A stretch of 64,000 bases of DNA from Alphaproteobacteria bacterium (GTDB lineage Bacteria > Pseudomonadota > Alphaproteobacteria > SHVV01). A program made the position numbers and the translations under genes. The notes below the pieces were generated by a model. The model had not been told where the DNA came from and searched no databases. It saw only the letters and a list, made by a program, of their open reading frames with translations. Where the stretch lies: positions 1,504,001 to 1,568,000 of the forward strand of contig OZ253470.1 of NCBI GenBank assembly GCA_965261735.1, given 5' to 3'. Position 1 is the first letter of the stretch, and every line of letters starts with the position of its first letter. Below are positions 9,592 through 18,355 of this stretch, piece after piece.

Positions 9592-9608
9592 TGGAACGAT
9601 TGTTCAAG
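9592..9608. promoter_or_regulatory. Putative TetR autoregulatory operator
   Basis: TGGAACGATTGTTCAAG palindrome just upstream of the tetR start. Confidence 0.6.
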
Positions 9609-9716
9609 AACCGGCGAACCCTGGGCGTACGAGCGTACGCTCGCCGCCTAGTGGGTGAACTCACGAACCGAGCGTCTGCTTGCGCTCGCAAGCAGACGCC
9701 GTCTACCTCTGCTCTT

Positions 9717-10532
9717 CTACTGGAACAGCTGGAGAATACTCTGCGGTCCTGTATTGGCGATCGACAGCGACTGCACACCGAGCTGCTGCTTGATCTGGAA
9801 CGCCTGCAGGTTGGCGCTTTCCTCGGCGAGGTTGGCATCAACCAGGTTTCCGACGCCCTCCTTCAAGATGTCGATGAGCTGTTGCGTGAACGTCGATTGG
9901 ATCTCGATCCTCTTGGACGAGGAGCCCAGCGCCGCCAGCTTTTCGGACACCAACGTAACGGCGCTGTCGATGGCCGTTAGCGCCGCCACCGCGCCGGAGC
10001 TGGTGCTGATGACGTTGGTGTTGATCGCCAGTGCCGTCGTGTTCATCGACTGAGCGCTCACCGTGATGACGCTGCCGTCGACCGTACTCAGCACCGTGAA
10101 GGTCGTCGCGCCAGAGGTGATTAGATTCTTGCCGTTGAACTCGGCGGTGGCGACAATGGTCGTCAACTGATCCCGCAACGACACGAAATCGTTGTGCAGC
10201 GCGGTCCGCGAGGCCGAATCGAGCCCCGACTGGTTGGCCTGGACGATCTTGGCCTTCATTTCGATGAGCATGTCGGAGATTGCCTTGCCCGCCGTGACGG
10301 CGGTATTGACGGTGGACTCGCCGGTTGCCAGGGCGATCTTTACCGACTGCATGCCGGCGATGTCACCACGCCTGTTCTGGGCGATAGCGAAGGTCGCCGG
10401 ATCGTCCTTCGGGCCGTTGACCATGAGGCCCGTCGTGATGCGCAATTGGGTGGTGTCGAGCCGCTTGGTAGTCTTGGTGAGCTCCTGCAGAGCGACCATC
10501 GCGCCGACGTTGGTGTTGATGGACATGACCAT
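9717..10532 (-). CDS. Flagellin (short, 271 aa)
   Basis: SINTNVGAMVALQ N-terminus; GNLVDANLAEESANLQAFQIKQQLGVQSLSIAN C-terminus; GAGGAG RBS before ATG 10532. Confidence 0.95.
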   Translation of the reverse strand: MVMSINTNVGAMVALQELTKTTKRLDTTQLRITTGLMVNGPKDDPATFAIAQNRRGDIAGMQSVKIALATGESTVNTAVTAGKAISDMLIEMKAKIVQANQSGLDSASRTALHNDFVSLRDQLTTIVATAEFNGKNLITSGATTFTVLSTVDGSVITVSAQSMNTTALAINTNVISTSSGAVAALTAIDSAVTLVSEKLAALGSSSKRIEIQSTFTQQLIDILKEGVGNLVDANLAEESANLQAFQIKQQLGVQSLSIANTGPQSILQLFQ

Positions 10533-10608
10533 CTGTCCGTCTCCTCGTTCTAAGTCGGTAAGCAGACTTTTTGCCTGCAGGAGCCGTTGGCTCCGACCCA
10601 TGACGCCA

Positions 10609-10623
10609 GCAACTGCCGTGCCA
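10609..10623 (-). promoter_or_regulatory. Sigma-54 promoter of flagellin
   Basis: TGGCAC-GGCAG-TTGC matches the -24/-12 consensus. Confidence 0.85.
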
Positions 10624-10647
10624 AGACCGGCATCCGCACGCTAATTC

Positions 10648-10662
10648 TTAACGTATTGTTAA
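10648..10662. promoter_or_regulatory. CtrA-like box in AT-rich (possible IHF) tract
   Basis: TTAA-CGTATTG-TTAA (TTAA-N7-TTAA). Confidence 0.55.
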
Positions 10663-10695
10663 TAGTAAGTTTTTCGTAAACAACTTGGCGGCCGG

Positions 10696-10743
10696 CGGGC
10701 ATAAGTTGCCGGCAGATTCTGCCTACCAGGCAAAACCTGCCGG
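10696..10743. promoter_or_regulatory. Three FlbD-type ftr enhancer sites
   Basis: GGCATAAGTTGCC, GGCAGATTCTGCC and GGCAAAACCTGCC, ~75-120 bp upstream of the sigma-54 promoter. Confidence 0.7.
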
Positions 10744-10815
10744 CCACGGCGCACGAATCTGCCGTGCGGCTATGCCATCATTCCAGGTCGGCTCGCTTGC
10801 CGGAGGGGGCGGCCT

Positions 10816-11298
10816 TTAGGCGTTCGCAGCCGCAGTCCTGTTCGACCGAACCTTGTCAGCGAGCCCCTTCAGCACGCCGTCGAAGATCTTGCCCATCATC
10901 ATCTTCATCATGGTCTGGCCCATCACCCACCCAAAGGGACCGAACTTCACCCGATAATCCATGGCCATCTTCGTCCTAGACCGCCCGCCTTCCAGCGGCT
11001 CGACGGATAGCTCCCCAAATGCTTCATGGAGAGGCATCGCTGTAAGCTCGGACATGCGTACGCGATACCGGCGATTGTCCCCCCAATCAGTCACCTCCTC
11101 GACCACCGAGGTGCCGTCGCTGAAATGGCAGCGCCGCTTCGACCCTACCCCGCCGTCGACGTCGGTGAGTGCGTCGACCGAGTCTATGCGCGAGGAGAAC
11201 TCATGAATGTGCATGAAGCGGCCGAGAACCGCCCACACAGCATCAGGTGTGGCGTCGATATCTAGGGTTCGCTCGTTGTGAATCATTCTTGACCCCAC
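10816..11298 (-). CDS. SRPBCC/polyketide cyclase family protein
   Basis: IDATPDAVWAVL...GVGSKRRCHF...EEVTDW pattern. Confidence 0.85.
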   Translation of the reverse strand: MGSRMIHNERTLDIDATPDAVWAVLGRFMHIHEFSSRIDSVDALTDVDGGVGSKRRCHFSDGTSVVEEVTDWGDNRRYRVRMSELTAMPLHEAFGELSVEPLEGGRSRTKMAMDYRVKFGPFGWVMGQTMMKMMMGKIFDGVLKGLADKVRSNRTAAANA

Positions 11299-11353
11299 TC
11301 ATTGCGGCAATAACACCCTGTTGACATATAGGTATCGCTACTCCCCCCACCTA

Positions 11354-12502
11354 GTGGATTGATCGGAACGAAAGAGTCCGATTTGAGATTCCGTATTGTG
11401 CGGTGTCATGCGAGTCTGTGCTATGCGCACCGGCATCCATTTTACTGTCACGTCTGGCGACCGTCAGCGATTGCAAGCTATCGTCGCGGACCCGAAGAGC
11501 TCGCAGAAACATGTCTGGCGGGCGCGGATCATCCTGAAGAGCGACGAGGGGCTCGGGAACTCGTCGATCATGGCCGAGACCGGCAAGTCCAAGACCTGTG
11601 TCTGGCGCTGGCAGGAGCGGTTCATGCACGAGGGTGTCAACGGCTTGCTTCGCGACAGGTCCCGTCCGCCTGGCAAAGCGCCGATCCCGCCGGAGCGCGT
11701 CGCCGAGATCGTCCGCCTGACCCAGCAAGCGCCGCCGCACGAGGCGACCCACTGGACGCTGCGCGCGATGGCGAAGGTTGCTGGCGTCGCGGCGTCGACG
11801 GTCCAAGCGATCTGGAAGGCCCATGGCCTCAGCCCGCACCGCTGGCGGCACTTCAAGCTCTCCAATGATCCCGCCTTCGCCGAGAAGCTCACAGATATCG
11901 TCGGCTTGTATGTCGATCCGCCGGCCCATGCCGTGGTGCTGTCGGTTGATGAGAAATCACAGATCCAGGCGCTCGACCGCACCCAACCCGGCTTGCCGAT
12001 GAAGAAGGGCCGCGCCGGTACGATGACCTATGATTACAAACGGCATGGCACGACGACGCTGTTCGCCGCGCTCAACGTGCTGGACGGTACGGTCATCGCA
12101 CAGAACATGCAGCGCCACCGCCATCAGGAGTTCATCCGCTTCCTCAACCGCATCGAGCGCGAGGTGCCGACGGACAAGGCCGTCCACGTCATCCTCGACA
12201 ACTACGCCGCGCACAAGAAGGACAAGGTCCGCGCCTGGCTCGCCCGCCATCCACGCTGGACCTTCCACTTCACGCCAACCTCGTGCTCGTGGCTCAATGC
12301 CGTCGAGGGCTTCTTCGCCAAACTAACGCGGCGCAGGCTCAAATACGGCGTCTTCCAATCCGTCGTCGACCTTCAGGACGCCATCAACCGATTTGTCCGC
12401 GAATACAATGACGCAAACCCAAAACCCTTCATCTGGAAAGCCGACCCCGATCATATCATCGCCGCACGAAACAGAGGGTTCCAAACGTTGGAATCAATCC
12501 AC
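11354..12502 (+). mobile_element. IS630 family element, copy 1 (1149 bp, TA duplication in CTAG)
   Basis: TIRs GTGGATTGAT/ATCAATCCAC; nearly identical to 45172-46320. Confidence 0.95.
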
Positions 12503-12505
12503 TAG
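11423..12505 (+). CDS. IS630 transposase
   Basis: VDEKSQIQALDR, ILDNYAAHK and SWLNAVEGFF DDE motifs. Confidence 0.95.
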   Translation: MRTGIHFTVTSGDRQRLQAIVADPKSSQKHVWRARIILKSDEGLGNSSIMAETGKSKTCVWRWQERFMHEGVNGLLRDRSRPPGKAPIPPERVAEIVRLTQQAPPHEATHWTLRAMAKVAGVAASTVQAIWKAHGLSPHRWRHFKLSNDPAFAEKLTDIVGLYVDPPAHAVVLSVDEKSQIQALDRTQPGLPMKKGRAGTMTYDYKRHGTTTLFAALNVLDGTVIAQNMQRHRHQEFIRFLNRIEREVPTDKAVHVILDNYAAHKKDKVRAWLARHPRWTFHFTPTSCSWLNAVEGFFAKLTRRRLKYGVFQSVVDLQDAINRFVREYNDANPKPFIWKADPDHIIAARNRGFQTLESIH

Positions 12506-12511
12506 GTATCG

Positions 12512-13996
12512 CTACTCCTCCCACCACATGGCGGCGACGTCGTTGACGAAGATCGGGGAGTTACGCCACACGCCCCTGAGCTCGCGCCGGAAAACCTGAG
12601 TCTTGGCGAGCTGAAACAGGAAGCCGTTGACCGCATCCTCGGTGAGCCGGCGCTGCGCTTGCTCGAGGTAGCGGTTGCGCTCGGCCACATCGGCGGTCGA
12701 ATCGGCGCGTGCGATGAGGTTGCGGAACTCGGAACCGTCGTACTGGAAGTAGTAGTCGGGGTCGGCATAGATGCCGATGTCGAGCGGCTCGACGTGGCTC
12801 ACGATGCTCAGGTCGTAGTTCTTCTGCTTGAAGACGACGTCGAGCCATTGCGCCCACTCCAGGGGCTCGATGCTCGCCCGGATGCCGACCTTGGCGAGCT
12901 GGCTCGCGATGATCTCGCCACCGCGCCGGGCGTAGGTCGGCGGCGGCAGCTTGAGCGACACGGTCAGGCCGCCGGCGTACCCGGCCTCGGCGAGCAGCGT
13001 GCGCGCCCGCTCCGGATCGTGGGGGTAGCGGGCGGTGAGATCGACGTAGGCCGGGTGGTGCGGCGCGAAATGCGTACCGATCGGCGTGCCGTGGCCGAAC
13101 ATGGCGCCGTCGATGATCGGCTGGCGGTCGATGGCGTGGGCGATCGCCCGGCGCACACGGATGTCGTCGAGCGGCTTGCGCCGGTTGTTGATGGCAAGGA
13201 TCGTCTCCCCTTCGGTCGTGCCTTCGAGGACCACGAAACGCGGATCGTCCTTGAAGCGCGCCAAGCTCTCGGGCGCACCGAGAAAGGGAAACAAATCGAC
13301 ATCGCCGGCGAGCAGCGCCGCTACCTGCGCCGAGGGATCGGCCACGAACTTGAACACCACCCGCGCGATTCGCACCGACCCGGCATCGCGGTAGAGCGCG
13401 TTCTTGATGAGCGCCACCGAATCGCCCTTGACCCAGCGCTCGAACCGGTAGGGGCCGGTGCCCACGGGATGCGTCACGTTGCGCGCGGCGCTCTCGGGCG
13501 CAACGATCACCGACGTGCTCTCGCCCATGTTGAACAGGAATACCGGGCTCGGCCTCTCGAGCTCGATCACGACCTCGAAGGGATCGCTCGCGTCGATGCG
13601 CTTGATGTTGGTGAAGTAGCGCTTGCGCTTGTTGGTGCTGCCGGGCAGTGCGTTGCGCTCGAAGGTGAACTTGACGTCGGCGGCGTCGAAATCGGTGCCA
13701 TCGGCGAACTTAACGCCGCGCCGCAGGGTGAACGCGAACGTCTTGAGATCGTCCGAGACGCGCCAGCTCGTGGCCAGGCCGGGCTCGACCTCGCCGCTTT
13801 CGGTGATCCGGGTCAGCCCCTCGAAGATGTTGTAGAGCGTGATCTGCGAGATCGCCGCCGCGGCCCCGGTGGTCGGATCGAGGCCGGGCGCGGGCTCGAG
13901 CCGCATACCGACCACGAGCGTGTCCTTCGCGGCCTCGGCGCCGTTCGTCGCGGCGGTGGTCATCAGGGCAGCGAGAAAGAAGGTGAGCACTCTCAT
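12512..13996 (-). CDS. ABC transporter substrate-binding protein, family 5 (peptide/nickel)
   Basis: Signal peptide MRVLTFF..., LRRGVKFADG, PVGTGPYRF, VRRAIAHAIDR. Confidence 0.93.
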   Translation of the reverse strand: MRVLTFFLAALMTTAATNGAEAAKDTLVVGMRLEPAPGLDPTTGAAAAISQITLYNIFEGLTRITESGEVEPGLATSWRVSDDLKTFAFTLRRGVKFADGTDFDAADVKFTFERNALPGSTNKRKRYFTNIKRIDASDPFEVVIELERPSPVFLFNMGESTSVIVAPESAARNVTHPVGTGPYRFERWVKGDSVALIKNALYRDAGSVRIARVVFKFVADPSAQVAALLAGDVDLFPFLGAPESLARFKDDPRFVVLEGTTEGETILAINNRRKPLDDIRVRRAIAHAIDRQPIIDGAMFGHGTPIGTHFAPHHPAYVDLTARYPHDPERARTLLAEAGYAGGLTVSLKLPPPTYARRGGEIIASQLAKVGIRASIEPLEWAQWLDVVFKQKNYDLSIVSHVEPLDIGIYADPDYYFQYDGSEFRNLIARADSTADVAERNRYLEQAQRRLTEDAVNGFLFQLAKTQVFRRELRGVWRNSPIFVNDVAAMWWEE

Positions 13997-14006
13997 TAGG
14001 GGCACC

Positions 14007-15017
14007 TCAAGCGGCCGACAGGGAATCGCCGTAGAGAGATCGGTAGCTCGGCATGTCGCCGAGGCTCTCCGCGGCAAGGACGGCGCGGCCGATGGAGCGG
14101 GCCACGCAATCGGCGGCCATCATGCCGAGCCGGCCGAGCAGCGAGAAATCGCCCGCCGGCGGCACCAGCCGGCCGGTCGAGACGACGAACAGGGTGTCGC
14201 CGTCGAAGGGTGTGTGAACGGGCCGCACCGCGCGCCCGATGCCGTCATGGGCCATGATCGCGACGCGCCCGGCTTGCGCCTTGTCGAGCGCGACGTTGGT
14301 CGCGACCACGCCGATCGTGGTGTGGCCGCCGAGCGGGGAGGCGAAGGCGTAGTCACGATCGCCCGCGGCGATGGGGCCGGGCGTCGGCTGGCCCCCGAGC
14401 TCGCCGTCCTGTTCGAAGGCCCAGGCCCACAGGGTCGGCGAACCTGGCATGGTGACCGAGCCGAAGGGATTGGCGGCGACCAGAGCGCCCGCCTGCACGC
14501 CGTCCTCGCTTACGGCCGAGGCGCTGCCGAGCCCACCCTTCAGCGCGCCCGCACGAGCGCCGAGGCCGGCACCGGCGTTGCCGAGGGCGAAATCGGTACT
14601 GACGGACTCGCACGCCTGCGCCGCGAGACCACGGTAGGGCGGCTCTCGCCACTCCTTGGCACCGCCGTTCAACAGATCGAACAGGATCGCCGCCGGGACG
14701 ATGGGCACCCGCACCGGGCCGACCGCGAATCCCCGCCCGCGCTCGGCGAGCCAGGCACACGCGCCGGCGGCGGCGTCGAGCCCGAACGCGGAGCCGCCGC
14801 TCAGCACCACAGCATCGACCCGGTCAACATGGCAGGTAGGATCGAGGGCGTCGGTCTCGCGCGTACCCGGCGCGCCGCCCCTGACGTCGACGCCCGCGGT
14901 TACCGGTGCGTCCGGGAGCACTACGGTGACGCCGGTGCGCGCGGCGGTATCCTCGGCGTTGCCGACCCGTATCCCTTCGACGTCGGTGATGAGGTTGCGT
15001 GGGCCCGAGCGGATCAC
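14007..15017 (-). CDS. P1 family peptidase (DmpA-like)
   Basis: NLITDVEGIRVG, DVRGGAPGTRET, GHTTIGVVATN, HTPFDGD. Confidence 0.92.
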   Translation of the reverse strand: MIRSGPRNLITDVEGIRVGNAEDTAARTGVTVVLPDAPVTAGVDVRGGAPGTRETDALDPTCHVDRVDAVVLSGGSAFGLDAAAGACAWLAERGRGFAVGPVRVPIVPAAILFDLLNGGAKEWREPPYRGLAAQACESVSTDFALGNAGAGLGARAGALKGGLGSASAVSEDGVQAGALVAANPFGSVTMPGSPTLWAWAFEQDGELGGQPTPGPIAAGDRDYAFASPLGGHTTIGVVATNVALDKAQAGRVAIMAHDGIGRAVRPVHTPFDGDTLFVVSTGRLVPPAGDFSLLGRLGMMAADCVARSIGRAVLAAESLGDMPSYRSLYGDSLSAA

Positions 15018-15171
15018 GGCACGGTTTGCCTCGCAGGCGTCGCCATGGCGCCCAGAAGCTAGCCCGCGCCGCGGCACCGGTCAACGCCGGCCCGGGGCTC
15101 TGCCGCGGCGTTTGCCACAAAACGGCGCACCTGGAACAATGAGGTGCCGAGCGTCACGGGGAGCACGCGCC

Positions 15172-16869
15172 ATGTACATCATAGGCCTTCGGGAGCGCGC
15201 CGCGGTGTGCGTGCGTACTATCCTGGCAGCGCTGCTTCTGGCGCTCGTGCCCCTGGCGTCCCACGCCGCGGAACCGGCCCGGGCGGCGCGGGCCGGCCTC
15301 GACATCCTGCGCGCGGGCGGCAGCGCCGCCGACGCTGCGATCGCCGTACAGATGGTGCTCAACGTCGTCGAGCCGCAATCGTCGGGCATCGGCGGCGGCG
15401 CCTTCCTGCTCTACTACGACGCCGCGCGGCGCGAGGTCCGTGCCTATGACGGCCGCGAGACCGCGCCGGCGGCGGCGACCGAGGCCCTGTTCCTCGATGC
15501 GAGCGGCAAGCCGCTGCATTTCTGGGACGCGGTCGTCGGCGGCCGCTCGGTCGGGGTTCCCGGCGTGGTCGCGATGCTCGAGCTCGCCCACAAGGCGCAC
15601 GGCAGGCTCGCCTGGCGCGAGCTGTTCGCGCCCGCCATCGCCATCGCCGATGACGGCTTCGCCATCTCGCCGCGCCTGCACGCGCTGGTCGGCCGGGACA
15701 AGTTCCTGCGTACCTTCGTGCTCGCGCGCGAGATGTTCCATCGCGCCAACGGCACGCCCAAGCCGGTCGGCACTTGGCTCACCAACCCGAGGCTCGCCGA
15801 CAGCTTGCGCGCGATCGCGGCGGACGGTGGCCGCGCCTCCTACGAGGGCGACATCGCGCGCGATATCGTCGGCGCGGTGCGCGGCGCGGCCCGCAACCCG
15901 GGAAGCCTAAGCGCCGCCGACCTCGCCGCCTACCGCGCCAAAGAACGCGCGCCGGTGTGCCTCGCCTATCGCGAGTGGCGGGTGTGCGGCATGCCGCCGC
16001 CGACCTCGGGCGGCATCACGGTACTGCAAATCCTCGACATCCTGAGCCACTTCGAGTCGGCCGCGCTGGCGCCTGGGTCGGCGCGAGCGGTGCATCTCAT
16101 CTCCGAAGCGAGCCGCCTCGCCTTCGCCGACCGCGGCCGCTACCTCGCCGACGCCGATTTCGTCGAGGTGCCGGTCTCCGGCCTGCTCGATGCTACGTAC
16201 CTGCGGACGCGCGCACGGCTCATCGATCCGGCACGCAGCATGGGGCTCGCCGCACCTGGTACCCCGGGGGTCAAGAAGGGCCGGCTCGCGGCCCCCGACC
16301 AGTCGGCGGAGCAGCCCTCGACGACCCACTTCAGCGTGGTCGACGGCGACGGCAACGCCGTCGTGATGACGTCGAGCATCGAGAGCGCCTTCGGCTCGCG
16401 GCTCATGACCGAGGGCGGCTTCCTGCTCAACAACCAGCTCACCGACTTCTCGTTCGTCGCCGAGCGCGACGGTGCGCCCGTCGCCAACCGTGTCGCCGCC
16501 GGTAAACGGCCGCGCAGCTCGATGGCGCCGACGCTCGTGTTCGACGCCGCGGGCAACCTGGTCATGGCGATCGGCTCGCCCGGCGGCAGCCGCATCATCC
16601 CTTACGTCGTCAAGACCATCGTCGCGGTGCTCGACGGCGGGCTCGACATCCAGGCCGCCATCGACCTGCCCCACCACAGCCACCGCAACGGGACCACCGA
16701 CCTCGAGGGGGGAACCGCGGTGGCGGTGCACAAGGGCGCGCTCGAGGATCTCGGGCACAAGGTCGCGGTGCGCGGCCTCAACAGCGGCCTGCACGGCATC
16801 GTGGTCTCGCCCGAGGGGCTCCGCGCCGGAGCCGACCCGCGCCGCGAGGGCGTCGCCCTCGGTGACTGA
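15172..16869 (+). CDS. ggt: Gamma-glutamyltransferase
   Basis: EPQSSGIGGGAF, YDGRETAP, STTHFSVVD (Thr nucleophile), RPRSSMAP, GSPGG; start uncertain. Confidence 0.92.
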   Translation: MYIIGLRERAAVCVRTILAALLLALVPLASHAAEPARAARAGLDILRAGGSAADAAIAVQMVLNVVEPQSSGIGGGAFLLYYDAARREVRAYDGRETAPAAATEALFLDASGKPLHFWDAVVGGRSVGVPGVVAMLELAHKAHGRLAWRELFAPAIAIADDGFAISPRLHALVGRDKFLRTFVLAREMFHRANGTPKPVGTWLTNPRLADSLRAIAADGGRASYEGDIARDIVGAVRGAARNPGSLSAADLAAYRAKERAPVCLAYREWRVCGMPPPTSGGITVLQILDILSHFESAALAPGSARAVHLISEASRLAFADRGRYLADADFVEVPVSGLLDATYLRTRARLIDPARSMGLAAPGTPGVKKGRLAAPDQSAEQPSTTHFSVVDGDGNAVVMTSSIESAFGSRLMTEGGFLLNNQLTDFSFVAERDGAPVANRVAAGKRPRSSMAPTLVFDAAGNLVMAIGSPGGSRIIPYVVKTIVAVLDGGLDIQAAIDLPHHSHRNGTTDLEGGTAVAVHKGALEDLGHKVAVRGLNSGLHGIVVSPEGLRAGADPRREGVALGD

Positions 16870-16878
16870 GGACGCGCC

Positions 16879-17466
16879 TCAGGCTTGTCCCAGCAGCGCC
16901 TCGCGGAAGCGCGCTTTGAGGTAAGCGCCGTCGCGCGGGGGGAGCACGAGCGGCGGCGATTCCTCGCGCACTTTGACGAGGAGGAAGGCGGGGCCGGCCG
17001 CGGTAAACAGGGTCGCGGCGGCGCCGGCCAGCCCGCCCTCGTCCGTGATTATGTCTGTGAGCGCAAAGCCGCACGCGCCCGCCACGCCGGCAAGGTCGAT
17101 GCCGGCGGCGGTATGGGTCGGCTGCATGCCGGTCTCGCCGTAGCGCTCGTTGTCGAGCACGACGAGCCCGAGATTGGCCGGCGCCGCGGCACCGATGGTG
17201 GCGAGGCTCGACAGCCCCATCAGCATCTCGCCGTCGCCGGTGATCACGGCGACGCGGCGCGCAGGCTGCGCCAGCGCCAGCCCGAGCCCGACCATGGCGG
17301 CGCTGCCCATGGCGCCCCATAGATAGAAGTTGAGCGCTTCGTCCCCGGCCGCCGCGCAATCCCACGCCGGCGCACCGAGGCCGGCAACGACGAGGGCGGC
17401 GCCGCGCGCGGCCAGGAGGGCCGCGACGACCTCACGGCGGGCAAGCAGAGGAGGCCCCGCGGGCAC
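16879..17466 (-). CDS. TPP-dependent decarboxylase beta subunit (ComE/phosphonopyruvate decarboxylase-like)
   Basis: GAMGSA, TGDGEMLM...VLDNERYGETG TPP motif. Confidence 0.85.
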   Translation of the reverse strand: MPAGPPLLARREVVAALLAARGAALVVAGLGAPAWDCAAAGDEALNFYLWGAMGSAAMVGLGLALAQPARRVAVITGDGEMLMGLSSLATIGAAAPANLGLVVLDNERYGETGMQPTHTAAGIDLAGVAGACGFALTDIITDEGGLAGAAATLFTAAGPAFLLVKVREESPPLVLPPRDGAYLKARFREALLGQA

Positions 17467-17467
17467 G

Positions 17468-18001
17468 CTAGTCCTCGAACGTCTTGGCGCCGAGGACGCG
17501 TTGCGCGACCAGCACCGCGACCGCCCGCGACGAGGCGAAGGCGAGCTCGGCCGCCGCCGCCACGGTCTCGGCCACGTCTTGCGCCCGCTCCACGCGGTGG
17601 ACGATGACGCCGGCTACCGTCAGGTGGTTCGCCGCGCCTTGGCCCATCGGCACCTGCCAGGGGTTCGCCTCCCCCCACTCGCCGCGCATCGTGACCAGGG
17701 CGAGTAGCGGAAAGCCGCACACCTGGATCATCGACAACGCGTTGATGCAATTGCCGACGCCGCTGCTCTGCATCATCAGGACAGCACGCGCTCCACCCAG
17801 CCAGGCGCCGGCGGCGAGGCCGATGCCCTCCTGCTCGGAAGCCAGAACGACGTCACGGATTTCGGGATCGTCGCGGCATAGCTCGATAAGCCGGATGAGG
17901 CCGGCGTCGGGAACGTAGCCGACCGTGCGAATGCCGGCCGCGGCAAGGGTCGCGTGAACCTGTGCGGCCCAATCGCCGCCGCGCGTCGACTCCGGGCTCA
18001 A
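17468..18001 (-). CDS. TPP-dependent decarboxylase alpha subunit (ComD-like)
   Basis: YVPDAG, SEQEGIG, MQSSGVGNCIN, NPWQVPMG; start approximate. Confidence 0.85.
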   Translation of the reverse strand: MSPESTRGGDWAAQVHATLAAAGIRTVGYVPDAGLIRLIELCRDDPEIRDVVLASEQEGIGLAAGAWLGGARAVLMMQSSGVGNCINALSMIQVCGFPLLALVTMRGEWGEANPWQVPMGQGAANHLTVAGVIVHRVERAQDVAETVAAAAELAFASSRAVAVLVAQRVLGAKTFED

Positions 18002-18005
18002 CGGT

Positions 18006-18296
18006 TCAGCCGCCGAGGGGCTGCGGTGCCGCGCTGTGACCCATCCGCTCGCGCCCGTAGGGGTCGGCCGTCGCGTAGCAATCGACCCCGCCCAGGGTGC
18101 GGTAGCAGTACACGTCGGGCGGGACCGGTGGCGTGAACGCGTCACGGCAAATGCTCGTCTCCTTGAAGGCGCGCGCCAGCATGCATTCCTGGCCCATGGC
18201 ATTGGAAAGCGCATTGTCGACAATGGCCACGGCCGCCAGCGTACAGCCGCCGAGCCCGATGACCGCGGCAACGAGCATGAGCCTGAAGGCGTTCAT
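18006..18296 (-). CDS. Small Cys-containing lipoprotein
   Basis: LGGC lipobox; YCYRTLGGVDCY motif. Confidence 0.65.
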   Translation of the reverse strand: MNAFRLMLVAAVIGLGGCTLAAVAIVDNALSNAMGQECMLARAFKETSICRDAFTPPVPPDVYCYRTLGGVDCYATADPYGRERMGHSAAPQPLGG

Positions 18297-18355
18297 GGCG
18301 CGCAATTTTTCACAACCGGCGCCCGAAGTCGAGCCGCCGACGCGCGAGGCCGCGG

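Noticed and set aside
11310-11330. AACA-CCC-TGTT palindrome and TTGACA as a regulatory site
   Set aside because: Short single occurrence next to a rearranged site; insufficient support
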